A stretch of DNA of 64,000 bases from Myxococcota bacterium (GCA_039028615.1 JBCCHT010000001.1:448001-512000), one strand, 5' to 3'. Counted from the first letter of the stretch, positions 1 through 11,900 are shown. Numbers and translations: made by a program. Notes: generated by a model not told the origin, from the sequence alone.

Positions 1-405
1 GATGCCGGACGCCGCGACGATGCACGCCGCGACTGGGAGCTCGCGCTCGAGATGTGGCAGTCCACGCGCGGCAAGGATCATCCCGACCTCGCGTTCGCCC
101 TCACCCAGCTCGCCGCCCTCGACCTCGAGGACGGACAGGCCAAGCAAGCCGTCGAGCGCCTCGAGCGGGCGCTCAAGGTGCGCGGACGCAAAGGGCTCGC
201 CCCCACGTTGCTCGCCGACACCCAGTTCGCGCTCGCGAGAGCGCTGCACGCCAGCGGTGAGGATCGGACACGGGCGCAGGAGCTGGCTCGACGGGCGCTC
301 AAGACCTACGAAGGGGCGGGCCCGGATGCGGCGACCACTGCCTCGAAGGTGGACCAGTGGCTGGTCGACGTGGAGCACGAGGCCAAGGAAGCCGCCAAGC
401 CCTGA
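1..405 (+). CDS. C-terminal part of a TPR (kinesin-light-chain-like) repeat protein, probably a myxobacterial Ser/Thr kinase-TPR fusion; 5' truncated by window edge
   Basis: Frame open from base 1; motifs 'GKDHPDLAFALTQLA' and 'LADTQFALARAL' are typical TPR_12-like helices; stop at 403-405. Confidence 0.7.
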   Translation, partial: DAGRRDDARRDWELALEMWQSTRGKDHPDLAFALTQLAALDLEDGQAKQAVERLERALKVRGRKGLAPTLLADTQFALARALHASGEDRTRAQELARRALKTYEGAGPDAATTASKVDQWLVDVEHEAKEAAKP

Positions 406-520
406 CCGGGCCCACCGCGGTCGCTCGGCCGCGATAGCTCCATCTCGTCGGTCGTCGTGTGCCCTTCGGTGCGGCGACGCTCGGGCGTAGACCGAGGGCG
501 CAAGGCGCCACGAACCGTTC

Positions 521-1494
<974 letters not shown>

Positions 1495-1498
<4 letters not shown>

Positions 1499-3867
1499 CC
1501 GAGGCGCTCACTTGGATCGTTCCTGGCCGCCGCGCGGTGGTGCGAAGCGGAGGCATCGGCTACACGCAGCTCATCGCGGCGTGGCTCGACAACCTGCGTG
1601 CCCACCGAAACGCCATCGAGTACTGGTACGACACCCCCGCGGAGGGCTACGACGACGGTCTGATGGAGGTGGAGGACTTCGCCTTCGTGGTGTTCAACGA
1701 CTGGACGGACACGCCCGTGGCCCGCGAGGACGACAACGTCATCGACAGCTTCGGGGCCCGCTTCTGGGTGCGCCTGTGGAAGGGGCCGCTGCGCATCCTG
1801 CTGGAGCAGCAGGACTATGCGGGCGAGGTGGGTGACCGCGTGCTCGAGGTCACCAGCACGATCGAGCCCGCCCTCGATCTCGACGAAGAATCCGGGCAGG
1901 TGCTCAACCCGAGCGCACGCTTTTGCATGGGCGACGTGGTCGAGTTCCCGCTGTTCAAGTTCCTTGCCGCGGCCGGGTGCACCGAGTACGGCAATGGGCC
2001 CGCCTACGACGACGTGCTGGCCTTCAACCCGGCCGGCAGCTTCTTGCTCGGCGACTCGGTGTTGGACACCTATGGCCAGCCCAGCTCGCTGCCCCTGCAC
2101 GACAACCGCATCGCGATGCGCTTCCAGGGGCTGCTCAATACCTATATTGGTGCGTTCCACAGCCTCGCCCCGGTCTTCAGCAACAGCGGGGTCGGCCCCC
2201 AGGGGCACTCGAACGGGCACAGCGTGTACGCCCGCGGGATGCTCTACGCCGCCACCCTGACCCGCCCCTCGATCGAAGGGCACTGGCGGGTTCGCGACTA
2301 TCACTGGTGCGGCAACAAGCAGGGCCAGATCCCCAAGTGCCTCCCCACCCGCAGCGGGCTCAATGGGCTGTCATCGGACTTCCCCGTGACGCCGGGTTCG
2401 GTGTGCTCGGATACCGCGCTGTTCTTGCTCAACTACATGATGCACAACCACACCGACAACTGGGGCGGGGGCTCGGTGCGCAACACGATGCTCAACAAGG
2501 GCGAGGCAGCCCTGCACGACGCGTACGAGCACGTGGCCGCGACCGACCTCAGCCACCTGGTGCCCGAGCTGACGGTGGAAGAGATGGAAGCGGCGCTGGT
2601 CGGCCTGGTCGAGGCGCTGCAGCCCCTGGTGGACGAGCTCAACGTGAAGGGTCGGTATCTGGCCGAGGCGGTCGCGACTCACCGGGCCCACGCGGACTGG
2701 GACGAGCTGCGCAGCTCGAGGCGGGACTCGCTGGACAAGAACTCGAGTTCGAACAAGCCGGTCGCGTTCATGCAGTCGGTGGCTTCGGGCCTCAAGTCGA
2801 GCAAGACGACGACCGCCGGCCGAGCCCTGCTGGGACGACTCCATCGCGACGTCATCGCCCGCACGATCACCATCCGGGACGAGCTGCGAAAGGTCTTCGG
2901 CGGCGAAGACTGGGGCAAGTGTGCGTACATCGAGAGCAAGCAGACCGAGCGCTGCATCCAGCGCCTCAAGGCTCTCGACCCGCTGGTGATGTGCGACACG
3001 GGGTGCCGCGACAAGCACAAGGACCCCTTCTACACCGGGGTCTACCAGTTCCGGGCGTCGCTCAAGGCCAAGTACAAGGGGCTGCGCAAGATCTACGACC
3101 TGCCTCCCGAGGAGCGACGCAGGAAGCTGAGCAAGAAGCTCGGCGGGGCTCGCATCGCCTCGGTGGAGCTGTCCGAGTTCATGACGGACATCAACGTGGT
3201 GAGCCTGGGCGGGCACGAGTGGTGCGTGGTCCGGCTGGCGCCCTTCGCCGACCTGTGTCAGTCGGGCTCGCTGCCCGTCGCGGGCTTCATGTCCGGCTAC
3301 CACCCGCTGACGGGCGAGCCCTTCGGTCGCCCCGGCGGTGCCTTCCACGTGTTCGAAGAGACGGGGACGCTCAAGCGCATCACGATCTCGGACGACGAGA
3401 AGTACCGCTTGCTCGGCGCGGGGCCCTTCAAGTGGGAGCGCATCGATGGCGATCGCTGCACGCTGCAGGTCAGCGGCAAGACCCTGCACATCGGAGAGGG
3501 CGCTCGCCTGCGCAACCAGCAGTTCAAGGGCCTGACACGAATCCGCCTGAGCGACGGGCTCGCCCACATCCGCGCCCGACACGAAGCACAGACGCCTTCG
3601 CGACCCCTTTTCGTGCATCCGGTCGACGGCACCAACCCGAAGGAGGACACCAAGCTGGCCAAGAAGCGGCTGGTGGACAACGGCAACACGCTCTACGCGC
3701 TGCGCTCGGTGCCCCTGCCCACCATCCGCGAGGTCGAGGGAGCCTTCGCCTCGGCCAAGGACACCAAAGGAGAGCTCGATCGCCTGGAGAGTCGACTCCG
3801 TCAGGTGCGAAAGACGGCCGGCTCGAGCCTCCGCACGAAGATCGACGCCTTCCTCGAGCACCTATAG
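1495..3867 (+). CDS. Hypothetical 790-aa protein, candidate secreted effector with possible NlpC/P60-like Cys-His motifs
   Basis: ATGA overlap with upstream stop; GC3-rich codons; 'YHWCG...GSVCSDTALFLLNY' and 'GGHEWCVV'; no signal peptide. Confidence 0.6.
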
Positions 3868-3887
3868 GCCACAACGGAGAGCTGACG

Positions 3888-4475
3888 ATGTTCATCGCCG
3901 ACGCACTGAGCTTCACGCTGGATGGAGAGACCTACGTGGTCGCGGACCAGGGGCGGGAGGCCGATTTCGAGCACGACATGATCCGGGTGCGGGGCCTCGA
4001 GGTGCATCGCTTGCTCGCCCGCGTCGGTCGCCGATCCCACCTGGGAGGTCCCACGTCGCGAACCCGGCGACTGCTCGAGGACGCGGGCTGGCGCAGCGGC
4101 GGCCGCCCGGGCGATCCGTGCTCACTCCCGGCCAACCTGGCGCTCTACGTCGTGCCCAAGTGGCCGAGCCTGAACCGCAGCGCGCTGTGCATCGAGCCCG
4201 ATCACGATGTCGTCGATCTGATGGACCTGAGCGACGCCGAGCCGCTCGGGCAGACGGGGCCGACGGAGACGGAGTGGGTCGAGGTGGTGGTGCTGGATGA
4301 AGACGACCGCCCCGTGCCCTTGGTCGACTACGAGATCCGGCTGAGCGATGGACGCGTGAGGCGGGGTCGTACCGATATCAACGGAGCGCTCTACTACGAC
4401 GGTCTACCGTCGGGCACCTGCGAGCTGGTGCTGCTCGACCGCGACGAGTCGACCTGGGACCTCGTGGCTTCCTGA
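3888..4475 (+). CDS. TTR/carboxypeptidase-regulatory-like domain protein (T6SS-adaptor type)
   Basis: GGAG upstream of ATG 3888; C-terminal 'WVEVVVLDEDDRPVPLVDYEIRLSDGRVRRGRTDINGALYYDGLPSGTCELV'. Confidence 0.7.
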   Translation: MFIADALSFTLDGETYVVADQGREADFEHDMIRVRGLEVHRLLARVGRRSHLGGPTSRTRRLLEDAGWRSGGRPGDPCSLPANLALYVVPKWPSLNRSALCIEPDHDVVDLMDLSDAEPLGQTGPTETEWVEVVVLDEDDRPVPLVDYEIRLSDGRVRRGRTDINGALYYDGLPSGTCELVLLDRDESTWDLVAS

Positions 4476-4584
4476 CCCCAACCCGCGTCGGCGAGGTGGC
4501 CCGAAATCGAGGCCATGAATTTTCCGCGGTCGCGGATGTTGCGTCGGCACGATGGTGGCGTTACACCAAGTCCGAGGCCCACAT

Positions 4585-4959
4585 TTGCTTACCCTCGACA
4601 AGTCGCGTCTTCTGCAGCTGACTCGCAATGCGGACTACGAAGCATTCGTCGTCCAAATGATGGAGCACCTGCGGAAGCACTTTCCGCGCAAGGTCGCCGA
4701 CTTCGACGACATGGGCCTGGCCGAGCAGATCCACCAAACGCTGCTGCGCGCCTACGACCATGGCTACACCAGCCACGCCGACTGTGCGCGATACCTGGGG
4801 CTGGCCGCGGCACTGGGTTGGTCCTTCGACGACGACATCCCGTGGGTTCGGCAGAGCTTGACCGACGGGGCCAGCGAGCCCACCGAGCGGCTCGCCCAAA
4901 TCCATCAACGCGCCATCCGTATGCTCCGACGCGGCCCTTCTTCCGTTTCGCCGACCTAG
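4585..4959 (+). CDS. Small helical protein resembling the C-terminal region of DUF4123-type T6SS chaperones
   Basis: Pattern 'FVVQMMEHLRKHFP...AYDHGY...YLGLAAALGWSFDDDIPWVRQSL'; GAGG then TTG 4585 (alternative ATG 4552). Confidence 0.5.
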   Translation: MLTLDKSRLLQLTRNADYEAFVVQMMEHLRKHFPRKVADFDDMGLAEQIHQTLLRAYDHGYTSHADCARYLGLAAALGWSFDDDIPWVRQSLTDGASEPTERLAQIHQRAIRMLRRGPSSVSPT

Positions 4960-4973
4960 GCACCTCCCCACCG

Positions 4974-6215
4974 ATGCCCAAAACCGAGCGCCCCAAGATC
5001 CACCCCGCGCTGGCGACCCCGGCATCGAATCAGCCCGGGGACGACATCGAACGCCATTTCTTCGCCAACTGCGGCCCTCACGAGGCCTGGAACGAGCCCG
5101 AGCCAGAGCCCGAGACAGACACCGACGAAGACCTGGCCGAAGCTCTCGAGAGCGCCGACGAAGACGTACGCAAGCTACACGGCAGCACGGCATCGACCCC
5201 GACCGAGTGTTCGAACAAGCACCTGACGGCGCTCGAAGCCACGCTGACCGATGAAAAGGGTCCGCTCGCCGGGCTCACCGTGCTGTTGCATCGCGCCGAG
5301 CCACCCGGGGTGATCGAAGCCAAGACCGACGACGTCGGCTTCGTGCGCTTCGCGGGCCTCGACGAGGGCGACAAACACCAGCTGCAGATCCGCGGAGTGC
5401 CGCCGAGCGCCTGGTCCATCGGGAAGAAGGCCGCGCTGCCCGACGACCGAGCCGAGTGCTCCCACGCCGCCAAGTGGTCCCTCAGCAAGAGCAAGCGACC
5501 GAAGACCCACGTCGCCCAGCAAGGCGAGAGCATCTGGAGCATCGCGCAGTACTACGGCATCGATGCCGACGAGCTGTGGAAGGCCAACGAGGCGCTCGAA
5601 AAAGACGATCGCAGCATGCACGTGCTGTTTCCCGACGACGAAATCACGTTGCCCGAGGACGATGATGACGACCGCCAGGACGTGCCCGTCGGCAAAGAGC
5701 TCCAGATCGAGTGCGACGTCGAGCTGCCGCGGCTGCAGTTCGTGTTCAAGGACCAAGAGGGCAAGGCCCTCGAGACCGAGGCCGTGGTGGTCAGCGGAGG
5801 CGCCAGTGCGGCCGAGCTGCAGCCCTGGTTCGAGGGCAACCTCGACGGCTCGGGCAAGATCGAAGTCCCGATGCCCAAGTACGACGAGCGCGCGAGCATG
5901 CTGGTGGCGTTCGATCTGAAGTTTCCCGAGACCTCGACGACCTATGAAGACGTCGACGGGCTCGAGATGGAGCACGTGCATCAGCCCTCGTCGGCCCAGC
6001 TACTGTTCAAGCCCGGCCACCTCGACCCTCTGAGCACGGTCTCGGGGGTCCAGGGGCGGCTGGCCAACCTCGGCTACTACAGCGGCGACGAACGAGGCGA
6101 GCTGGGTCCGCTCACCAAGCGGGCCCTTCGCGACTTCCGCCACGACCACGAACTCGAGCCCATGGCAACCATCGACGACGAGATGCGCTCCAGCCTCGAC
6201 GCCGAGTCCAAATAG
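4974..6215 (+). CDS. TTR-like / LysM / TTR-like / peptidoglycan-binding domain protein (paralog of 521-1498)
   Basis: LysM 'HVAQQGESIWSIAQYYGIDADELWKAN...LFPDDEITLP'; PG-binding 'GVQGRLANLGYYSGDERGELGPLTKRALRDFRHDHEL'. Confidence 0.75.
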   Translation: MPKTERPKIHPALATPASNQPGDDIERHFFANCGPHEAWNEPEPEPETDTDEDLAEALESADEDVRKLHGSTASTPTECSNKHLTALEATLTDEKGPLAGLTVLLHRAEPPGVIEAKTDDVGFVRFAGLDEGDKHQLQIRGVPPSAWSIGKKAALPDDRAECSHAAKWSLSKSKRPKTHVAQQGESIWSIAQYYGIDADELWKANEALEKDDRSMHVLFPDDEITLPEDDDDDRQDVPVGKELQIECDVELPRLQFVFKDQEGKALETEAVVVSGGASAAELQPWFEGNLDGSGKIEVPMPKYDERASMLVAFDLKFPETSTTYEDVDGLEMEHVHQPSSAQLLFKPGHLDPLSTVSGVQGRLANLGYYSGDERGELGPLTKRALRDFRHDHELEPMATIDDEMRSSLDAESK

Positions 6216-6231
6216 TCCTCCCGGGAGACGA

Positions 6232-9200
6232 ATGGCCCTCACTGTTACCGACGTCAATCCAACGTACAGCAAGGTCGCGGGCGGTGGTGCCGTGACCATC
6301 ACCGGGACCGACTTCACCCAAAAGGTTCGCGTGAAATTCGGGGACACGACCGCCAAGAAGATCGTGCGGGTCTCCGCCACGCAGATCACGGCCGAGATTC
6401 CCAAGGCGGCGGTCGGCGGCGAGGTTCAGGTCACGGTGACCAACGATGCGGGTACGTTGTGGGACGGCGGACCGACCGTCGCGTGGGGCACGAACTTCAC
6501 CTACTACCCCACGGTCACGAGCATCGAGCCCCCGGCGGGACGCATCACGGGCGACACCAACCTTACGATCACGGGTGAGGGCTTCCCGGTCGGGGCCGAG
6601 GTCCACATCGATGGCTTCCCCGCGCTGAACACGGTGCGGGTCTCCGACACCCAGATCACCTGCACCACGCGCCAACACGCCGAAGGCCGTGTGCGGCTGT
6701 TCGTGTTCAACCCGGGCGACAACCAGGGCTTTTACGCCAATTTCCACTTCCGCAAGCCGATGATCTCGGGCGCGTCGCCGGTCAAGGCCACCGTGGGTGG
6801 CGGCACCGACGTCACGATCGACGGCGACTACTTTCCCGATGGGGCGACGGTCCGCTTCGACGGCGCCGTGTCGCCCAACGTCGACTACACCTCCGAGCAA
6901 CGGATCGTCGCTCGCACGCCCAACCATGTCGCCGGCTCGGTGCGGATCCAGGTCGTGACCCCCGTGCGAGCGCCCGTGCCCCCTGCCCCGCCCGTGCCTC
7001 AGGTGCCCGGGGTCGCGGCAGCGACCAGTGCCCTCGACCGCGCGTTCGAGTACTCGGCGGCCGAGATCACGAGCATCGAGCCCGCCCAGGGCCCGGCCAC
7101 GGGAGGCACGGACGTCACCATCAAGGGGCGCGGGTTCCTGGTCCTCATCGACGATAGTGCCCAGGTCGGCGGCGTCCCCCTGACCGGGGTCAATGTGGTC
7201 GACGCCAACACGATCACGGGCACCACCGACGCCGCGAATGCACCCGGGGCCAGCGACGTCTCCGTTCGCAACAACAACGGCGAGGCCGCGGTCACGCTGG
7301 CGGGCGCGTTCACGTACGTGGCCCAGGCCACGGTCACCAAGGCCAATCCCGCGTCGGGCCCAGCCGGCACCGCCATCACCATCGAGGGCACCGCGTTCGT
7401 CGAGGGCGCCACGGTGAGCGTGGGTGGGGTCGCGGCGACCAACGTCGAGGTCGCCTCCGAGACCGCGATCAAGTGCGTCGTGGGAGCGCATGATGCCGGC
7501 CAGGTCAACGTCGAGGTCACCAACCCCGACGGCCCCACGGGGCGGCTCGACAACGGCTTCACGTACACCGCGCTGGCCATCGAGCCCGCCCGGGGCCTGC
7601 CCGCGGGCGGTGAGCAGGTCACCATCAAGATTCCCGGCCCGGTCGGCGAAGACGTCGTCGTGCAGTTGGGCGACAACCAAGCCGATCGGGTTCAGGGCAA
7701 CGAATTCCGGGTCACCACGCCACAGCACGACGCGGGCGCGGTCGACGTCAGCGTGGGCGAAGCGACGCTCGACGACGGGTTCACCTACTCCAGCGTCACC
7801 CGCATCGAGCCCAACGCCGGTCCCGCCACCACCACCGTCACGATTCACGGCGCCGGTTTCGATGAGACGACGACCGTATCGATCGGAGGCAACGATGCCG
7901 CGCCGGTCACCGTGGTCTCGGCCAACGAGATCAACGTCGCCGCCCCCGTCCACGACGCGGGCGCCGTCGACGTCGTGGTGGGAGGAGCCGGCGCGGGCAC
8001 CTTCGCGGGCGGCTATACCTACCAGGCGGCAGCGACGGTCACGGGCATCGAGCCCGACACCGCCACCTACCTGGGTGGCACCGAGATCACGATTACCGGG
8101 ACCGGCTTCATCGAGGGCGCCGCCGTCAGCATCGATGGCAACGACGTCACCGATATCGAGGTCGTCTCGCCCACCACCATCAAGGGCAAGGTCCCCGTGA
8201 TTCCCGAGGGCGCGCCCTATGCCGCGGTCGACGTCGAGGTCACGAACCCGGGGGCGGCTCAGGTGACCGGGGACGATCTATTCACGTACCGCTCGGCCCC
8301 CGTCGTGACTGCGGCCGCCAACCCGGCCCAGGGCAACAAGGGCGGCGGACGCTCGATCACCATCACCGGGACCGGGTTCGTCGACGGGGCCAAGGTCCTG
8401 CTCGACGGTGAACAGCTGCCCGGGGTCATCTTCGACAACGCCACCACCCTGCGCGTGCGGGTACCCGCCCACGACAGGGGGCAGGTCCCCATCGCCGTCC
8501 ACAACCCTCGAGACCCGAACCCGGGAGCCGCGCGCGACGACACCTTCGAGTTCGTGGACGAGCTGCACACCCCCACGGGCGACAACGAGGCCGACTTCCT
8601 CATGGACGGCGAGGAGTACTTCACGATGCTCCAGGCGCTCTTCGAGGAAGTTCGGGAAGCCCCCGTCGATCCCAAGGGGCTGACCTACGTGCGCCTGGCC
8701 TTCTGGATGATCTGCGACGACGTCACGCTCGGCGATCAGACCGACTTCGGGAAGGCCGAGCACACCCTGCTCAAGTACATCGAGAAGGTCGTGCACAAGG
8801 GGCACCACGTGGAGATCATCATGTGGCGCCCCAAGATCCACGAGCAGCAGTTTGGCGAGGGCCAGGGCGTGTTCGAGGCGAACGACAAGTTCGCCAAGGA
8901 GGTCTACAAGATCGACGTCGCGATGGCCGACGTCGAAGGCTCGGGCCGAGCCCGCGTGTACTTCGAGTCCTACGAAGGTGAGGTCGGGGCCAGCAACCAC
9001 CAGAAGATGGCGATCTTCTCCATCGGCGGTCAGCGCCAGGTCATGATCGGCGGCATCAACCTCAGCCAGGGCTACTTCGCGTCCGACGACCATCGATTTC
9101 CCGACCCGACCGCGGGCGGCACGCCCTGGCACGACGCCGCCGTGTATCTCCGCGGCCCCATCACCGACGACATCGAGCGCGAGTGGATGCGCCGCTGGGA

Positions 9201-10335
9201 TCGCACGCGAGATCTCGAGTCCAGCCTGTGGGGCTTCGCCAATCTTCTCGGGTCCGACGGCGAGTTCCTCGCCCGCGACTTTGCGCTGTTCAACGACACC
9301 GTGGTCCGCCAGCGCGCCATCGCGACCGAGCGCAACGAGACGATCCAGGACTCCCACGGCGACAACCGCGACGTCACCATCGTTCGTACCCGGTCGATCA
9401 GCAACGGGCTGACCGTCACCCGTCACACCTGGCTGCGCGACAAGGTCATCGAGCGCATCAACGGGTCCGACAACACGATCTACTTCGAGAACTACCACTT
9501 CAGCGATCCCGACGTGGTGCGGGCCGTATACGAGCGCCACGAAACCCGCTCGGGCGCAGGGGCAGATCTCAAGCTCGTGGTGCTCATTCCCGGGAACATG
9601 AGCCCGACCTCGAGCTACATGACGCGCCGCGCCTGGCTGCAGTGCGCCCTGCGCTTCGAGGACGGCACCACCAACACCCCGTATACGCGCAGCGTCGTCT
9701 ATGACGACGGAGGCGTGGTCCGCGAGATCCAGCGCAACGACTGCATCCAGTGGGACGTGCACGACTGCTACGACCCCGACGAGCCGCTCGCGACCAAGTG
9801 GCTCGAGAACGACTCGCTGACCTTCCGTACCAACGTCGCCGGCCCCACGGAGATCCGGTTCTCGGACATCCTGGCCGTGGACACCGACCTGCACTTTTAC
9901 GCGCCCTACTACATCACCGCGGGGATGGGCCTGAACATGGTCTACACCCACTCCAAGATCGCGTCGTTCGACGACACCTGGCTGGTGGTGGGCTCGGCCA
10001 ACTGGTCGTTCCGCAGCATGCAGTACGACGGGGAAATCTCGGCATTCATCAACGACGCGGGCATCGCCGCGGCCTCCGTCCAGCAGCTGCTACGCCACTT
10101 CAATACCCACGTGGTCGCGCCGATCCCGTTGGCGACCGTGGAGACGCTGGCGATGAACAACGCGGGCGCCCTGGTCGGCGATCGCTTCATGATGCTGCCC
10201 GCCGACATCTACAACCCCGGCGACCTGGGCAACCCCTACCTGAAGTTCTCGCGCGCCGTGCCGCGGGCCCTCGAGGTCCGCAACGTGGTCGACTTTTTCT
10301 CGGCCCCGAGCGAGCCCAACTACACCTGGCTGTGA
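6232..10335 (+). CDS. IPT/TIG repeat (9x) - phospholipase D family protein
   Basis: Nine '(V/I)TxxxPxxGxxxGGxxVTIxGxxF...F(T/E)Y' units; PLD motifs 'NHQKMAIFS...IGGINL', 'PWHDAAV', 'HSKIASFDD...VGSANW'. Confidence 0.88.
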   Translation: MALTVTDVNPTYSKVAGGGAVTITGTDFTQKVRVKFGDTTAKKIVRVSATQITAEIPKAAVGGEVQVTVTNDAGTLWDGGPTVAWGTNFTYYPTVTSIEPPAGRITGDTNLTITGEGFPVGAEVHIDGFPALNTVRVSDTQITCTTRQHAEGRVRLFVFNPGDNQGFYANFHFRKPMISGASPVKATVGGGTDVTIDGDYFPDGATVRFDGAVSPNVDYTSEQRIVARTPNHVAGSVRIQVVTPVRAPVPPAPPVPQVPGVAAATSALDRAFEYSAAEITSIEPAQGPATGGTDVTIKGRGFLVLIDDSAQVGGVPLTGVNVVDANTITGTTDAANAPGASDVSVRNNNGEAAVTLAGAFTYVAQATVTKANPASGPAGTAITIEGTAFVEGATVSVGGVAATNVEVASETAIKCVVGAHDAGQVNVEVTNPDGPTGRLDNGFTYTALAIEPARGLPAGGEQVTIKIPGPVGEDVVVQLGDNQADRVQGNEFRVTTPQHDAGAVDVSVGEATLDDGFTYSSVTRIEPNAGPATTTVTIHGAGFDETTTVSIGGNDAAPVTVVSANEINVAAPVHDAGAVDVVVGGAGAGTFAGGYTYQAAATVTGIEPDTATYLGGTEITITGTGFIEGAAVSIDGNDVTDIEVVSPTTIKGKVPVIPEGAPYAAVDVEVTNPGAAQVTGDDLFTYRSAPVVTAAANPAQGNKGGGRSITITGTGFVDGAKVLLDGEQLPGVIFDNATTLRVRVPAHDRGQVPIAVHNPRDPNPGAARDDTFEFVDELHTPTGDNEADFLMDGEEYFTMLQALFEEVREAPVDPKGLTYVRLAFWMICDDVTLGDQTDFGKAEHTLLKYIEKVVHKGHHVEIIMWRPKIHEQQFGEGQGVFEANDKFAKEVYKIDVAMADVEGSGRARVYFESYEGEVGASNHQKMAIFSIGGQRQVMIGGINLSQGYFASDDHRFPDPTAGGTPWHDAAVYLRGPITDDIEREWMRRWDRTRDLESSLWGFANLLGSDGEFLARDFALFNDTVVRQRAIATERNETIQDSHGDNRDVTIVRTRSISNGLTVTRHTWLRDKVIERINGSDNTIYFENYHFSDPDVVRAVYERHETRSGAGADLKLVVLIPGNMSPTSSYMTRRAWLQCALRFEDGTTNTPYTRSVVYDDGGVVREIQRNDCIQWDVHDCYDPDEPLATKWLENDSLTFRTNVAGPTEIRFSDILAVDTDLHFYAPYYITAGMGLNMVYTHSKIASFDDTWLVVGSANWSFRSMQYDGEISAFINDAGIAAASVQQLLRHFNTHVVAPIPLATVETLAMNNAGALVGDRFMMLPADIYNPGDLGNPYLKFSRAVPRALEVRNVVDFFSAPSEPNYTWL

Positions 10336-10351
10336 AGCGGGCTCGGACCGC

Positions 10352-10789
10352 TCATTCGCAGGTCTCGGCCGACTCGGAGGCGTGCTCGCAGGTGGCGGTC
10401 GCGTCGTCGCAGGCCCGGGCATACCGAGGCTCTTCGGTGTGCTCGTCGGCGAGGGCACACATGCGGCTTCGTAGGTCGCAGATGTGACTCGCCAGCACCT
10501 TGATTCGCTCGCAGCGATCCCCTTCGGACTTCGTGTTGCCCGTCTTGGAGTCGACCGCCGTCGGTGCGGCCGTGGGCCCCTCGAGCCCGCGCAGCTCGTC
10601 TCGAGCCGCGGCGAGCTCGGCCTCGAGCTGCTGCATGTCGTCCATCATGGCGCCGTCACCCGAGCCGTAGTCGCGACGTTGCTTGCTGTCCGGCGGCGAG
10701 GTCCCGGGCGGGTCGCTGGCCCGGCACGCCGAAAGCCCGAACACGCCCGCGGTCAGCACCACGGCGGCGAGCGACCAGCTCTGGCTCAC
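10352..10789 (-). CDS. Lipoprotein with six-Cys helical C-terminal domain
   Basis: Lipobox 'GLSAC'; 'CERI...ICDL...MCAL...ACDD...TCEH...TCE'; start overlaps upstream stop. Confidence 0.7.
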   Translation of the reverse strand: MSQSWSLAAVVLTAGVFGLSACRASDPPGTSPPDSKQRRDYGSGDGAMMDDMQQLEAELAAARDELRGLEGPTAAPTAVDSKTGNTKSEGDRCERIKVLASHICDLRSRMCALADEHTEEPRYARACDDATATCEHASESAETCE

Positions 10790-11337
10790 GGCATCTCCGC
10801 GAGCTCGCGCTCGAGCAGGGTTCGGTTCATCTCGAGCGCCTGCTCGTAGGCGGTCAGGGCATCGTCGTCGCGGTCGAGTCCCTCGAGCACCTGGCCCCGC
10901 AGCGCGACCAAGCGCGCCGTGAAGGGGTTGGTGTCGACGTCGGCATACTCGGCGCCCAGGCCCTCGTCGGCGATGGCCAGCATCGTCTCGCCGGGCACGG
11001 GGTCGACATCGGGGTGATCGAGACGCAGTCGCAGGAGGCGACCGTAGGCATCGTGGCGCAGCTGCACCGCGACGTCGCCCCCGGTCTCGCGATCGGGCCA
11101 GTCGTGGGTGCGCAAGGCTTCGAGCGCGGCGATGGCCCCCTTGAAGTCATCGTTGTCGAGCAACAGATCGATGCGACGATTCTCGGTCTCGAGCAGCTGC
11201 CCCAGCGCGACCACGGTGTCGGGCCGACTGGGCGCCAGGCGGCCGGCTTGGGCCAGCCCGACCAGCATCGCCAACGCGCCGAGCATCATGCCCAGGGCGA
11301 CGGGAAGCCAGCCGCGCGCTCGTCCACGCGGGTTCAT
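10786..11337 (-). CDS. Membrane-anchored TPR protein
   Basis: N-terminal hydrophobic helix; TPR 'LRGQVLEGLDRDDDALTAYEQALEMN'. Confidence 0.7.
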   Translation of the reverse strand: MNPRGRARGWLPVALGMMLGALAMLVGLAQAGRLAPSRPDTVVALGQLLETENRRIDLLLDNDDFKGAIAALEALRTHDWPDRETGGDVAVQLRHDAYGRLLRLRLDHPDVDPVPGETMLAIADEGLGAEYADVDTNPFTARLVALRGQVLEGLDRDDDALTAYEQALEMNRTLLERELAEMP

Positions 11338-11900
11338 GGCGCGCCTCCCATGGTCCGGCCGTCGGCCGTCAGGGCCGAGGCGAGCAGCTCACCGCGAAGC
11401 TGCGTGCGGCCGTCTTCGACGGAGCGCTGCACCTGACGTCGGGCGCCCGGCTCGAGCATCGCGAACTGAGCCTCGATGGTCGCGGCCATGTCCGCCCGAC
11501 CACCGCCGGATTCTTCGACCTGCGCCACCTGGGGCGTACCCGTGCTCGTCGGGCCCTCGGTCGTCGGGGCCCACACCATGACCAACACGGCTGCCGCCGC
11601 GGCGGCCGTTCCCAGCCCGCCCGCGAGCACCCACGGACGTCGCAGCCACGCCCGCCAACCCGTCTTGGCCTTCTCTTCATCGAGCGCGGCATCGAGATCA
11701 CCCCAGAGGGAATCGAGCGCGTCGTCATCGATGGCCTGCGGAGCCCGGGCGTGACGCAACAGGTGCACCACCGCGAGCTCGTCTTCCACACTGCCCTGGT
11801 CGCCCTCGGCCTGCTGCCCGGCCCTCAGCGCGACCTCCCACTGGGGGTCGAGCACCACGCCGCTGTGCGACTTCGGCGTGGATTTGTCATTGGCGGGCAT
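11334..11900 (-). CDS. Putative single-pass anti-sigma factor
   Basis: Directly downstream of ECF sigma; cytoplasmic helical N-terminus then TM 'WVLAGGLGTAAAAAAVLVMVW'. Confidence 0.6.
   Translation of the reverse strand: MPANDKSTPKSHSGVVLDPQWEVALRAGQQAEGDQGSVEDELAVVHLLRHARAPQAIDDDALDSLWGDLDAALDEEKAKTGWRAWLRRPWVLAGGLGTAAAAAAVLVMVWAPTTEGPTSTGTPQVAQVEESGGGRADMAATIEAQFAMLEPGARRQVQRSVEDGRTQLRGELLASALTADGRTMGGAP

Noticed and set aside
1923..3887. N-terminal 655 aa of the 850-aa ORF 1923-4475 (possible frameshift fusion)
   Set aside because: Arg/Pro/Ala-rich off-frame read of the 790-aa gene; real start has an RBS at 3888 and I saw no slippery site
4515..4973. N-terminal extension of ORF 4515-6215
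   Set aside because: Overlaps the better-supported 4585-4959 gene in another frame
10352..10789. Lipoprotein as immunity protein for the PLD
   Set aside because: Convergent orientation and translational coupling to the ECF cassette; no Sel1-like repeats
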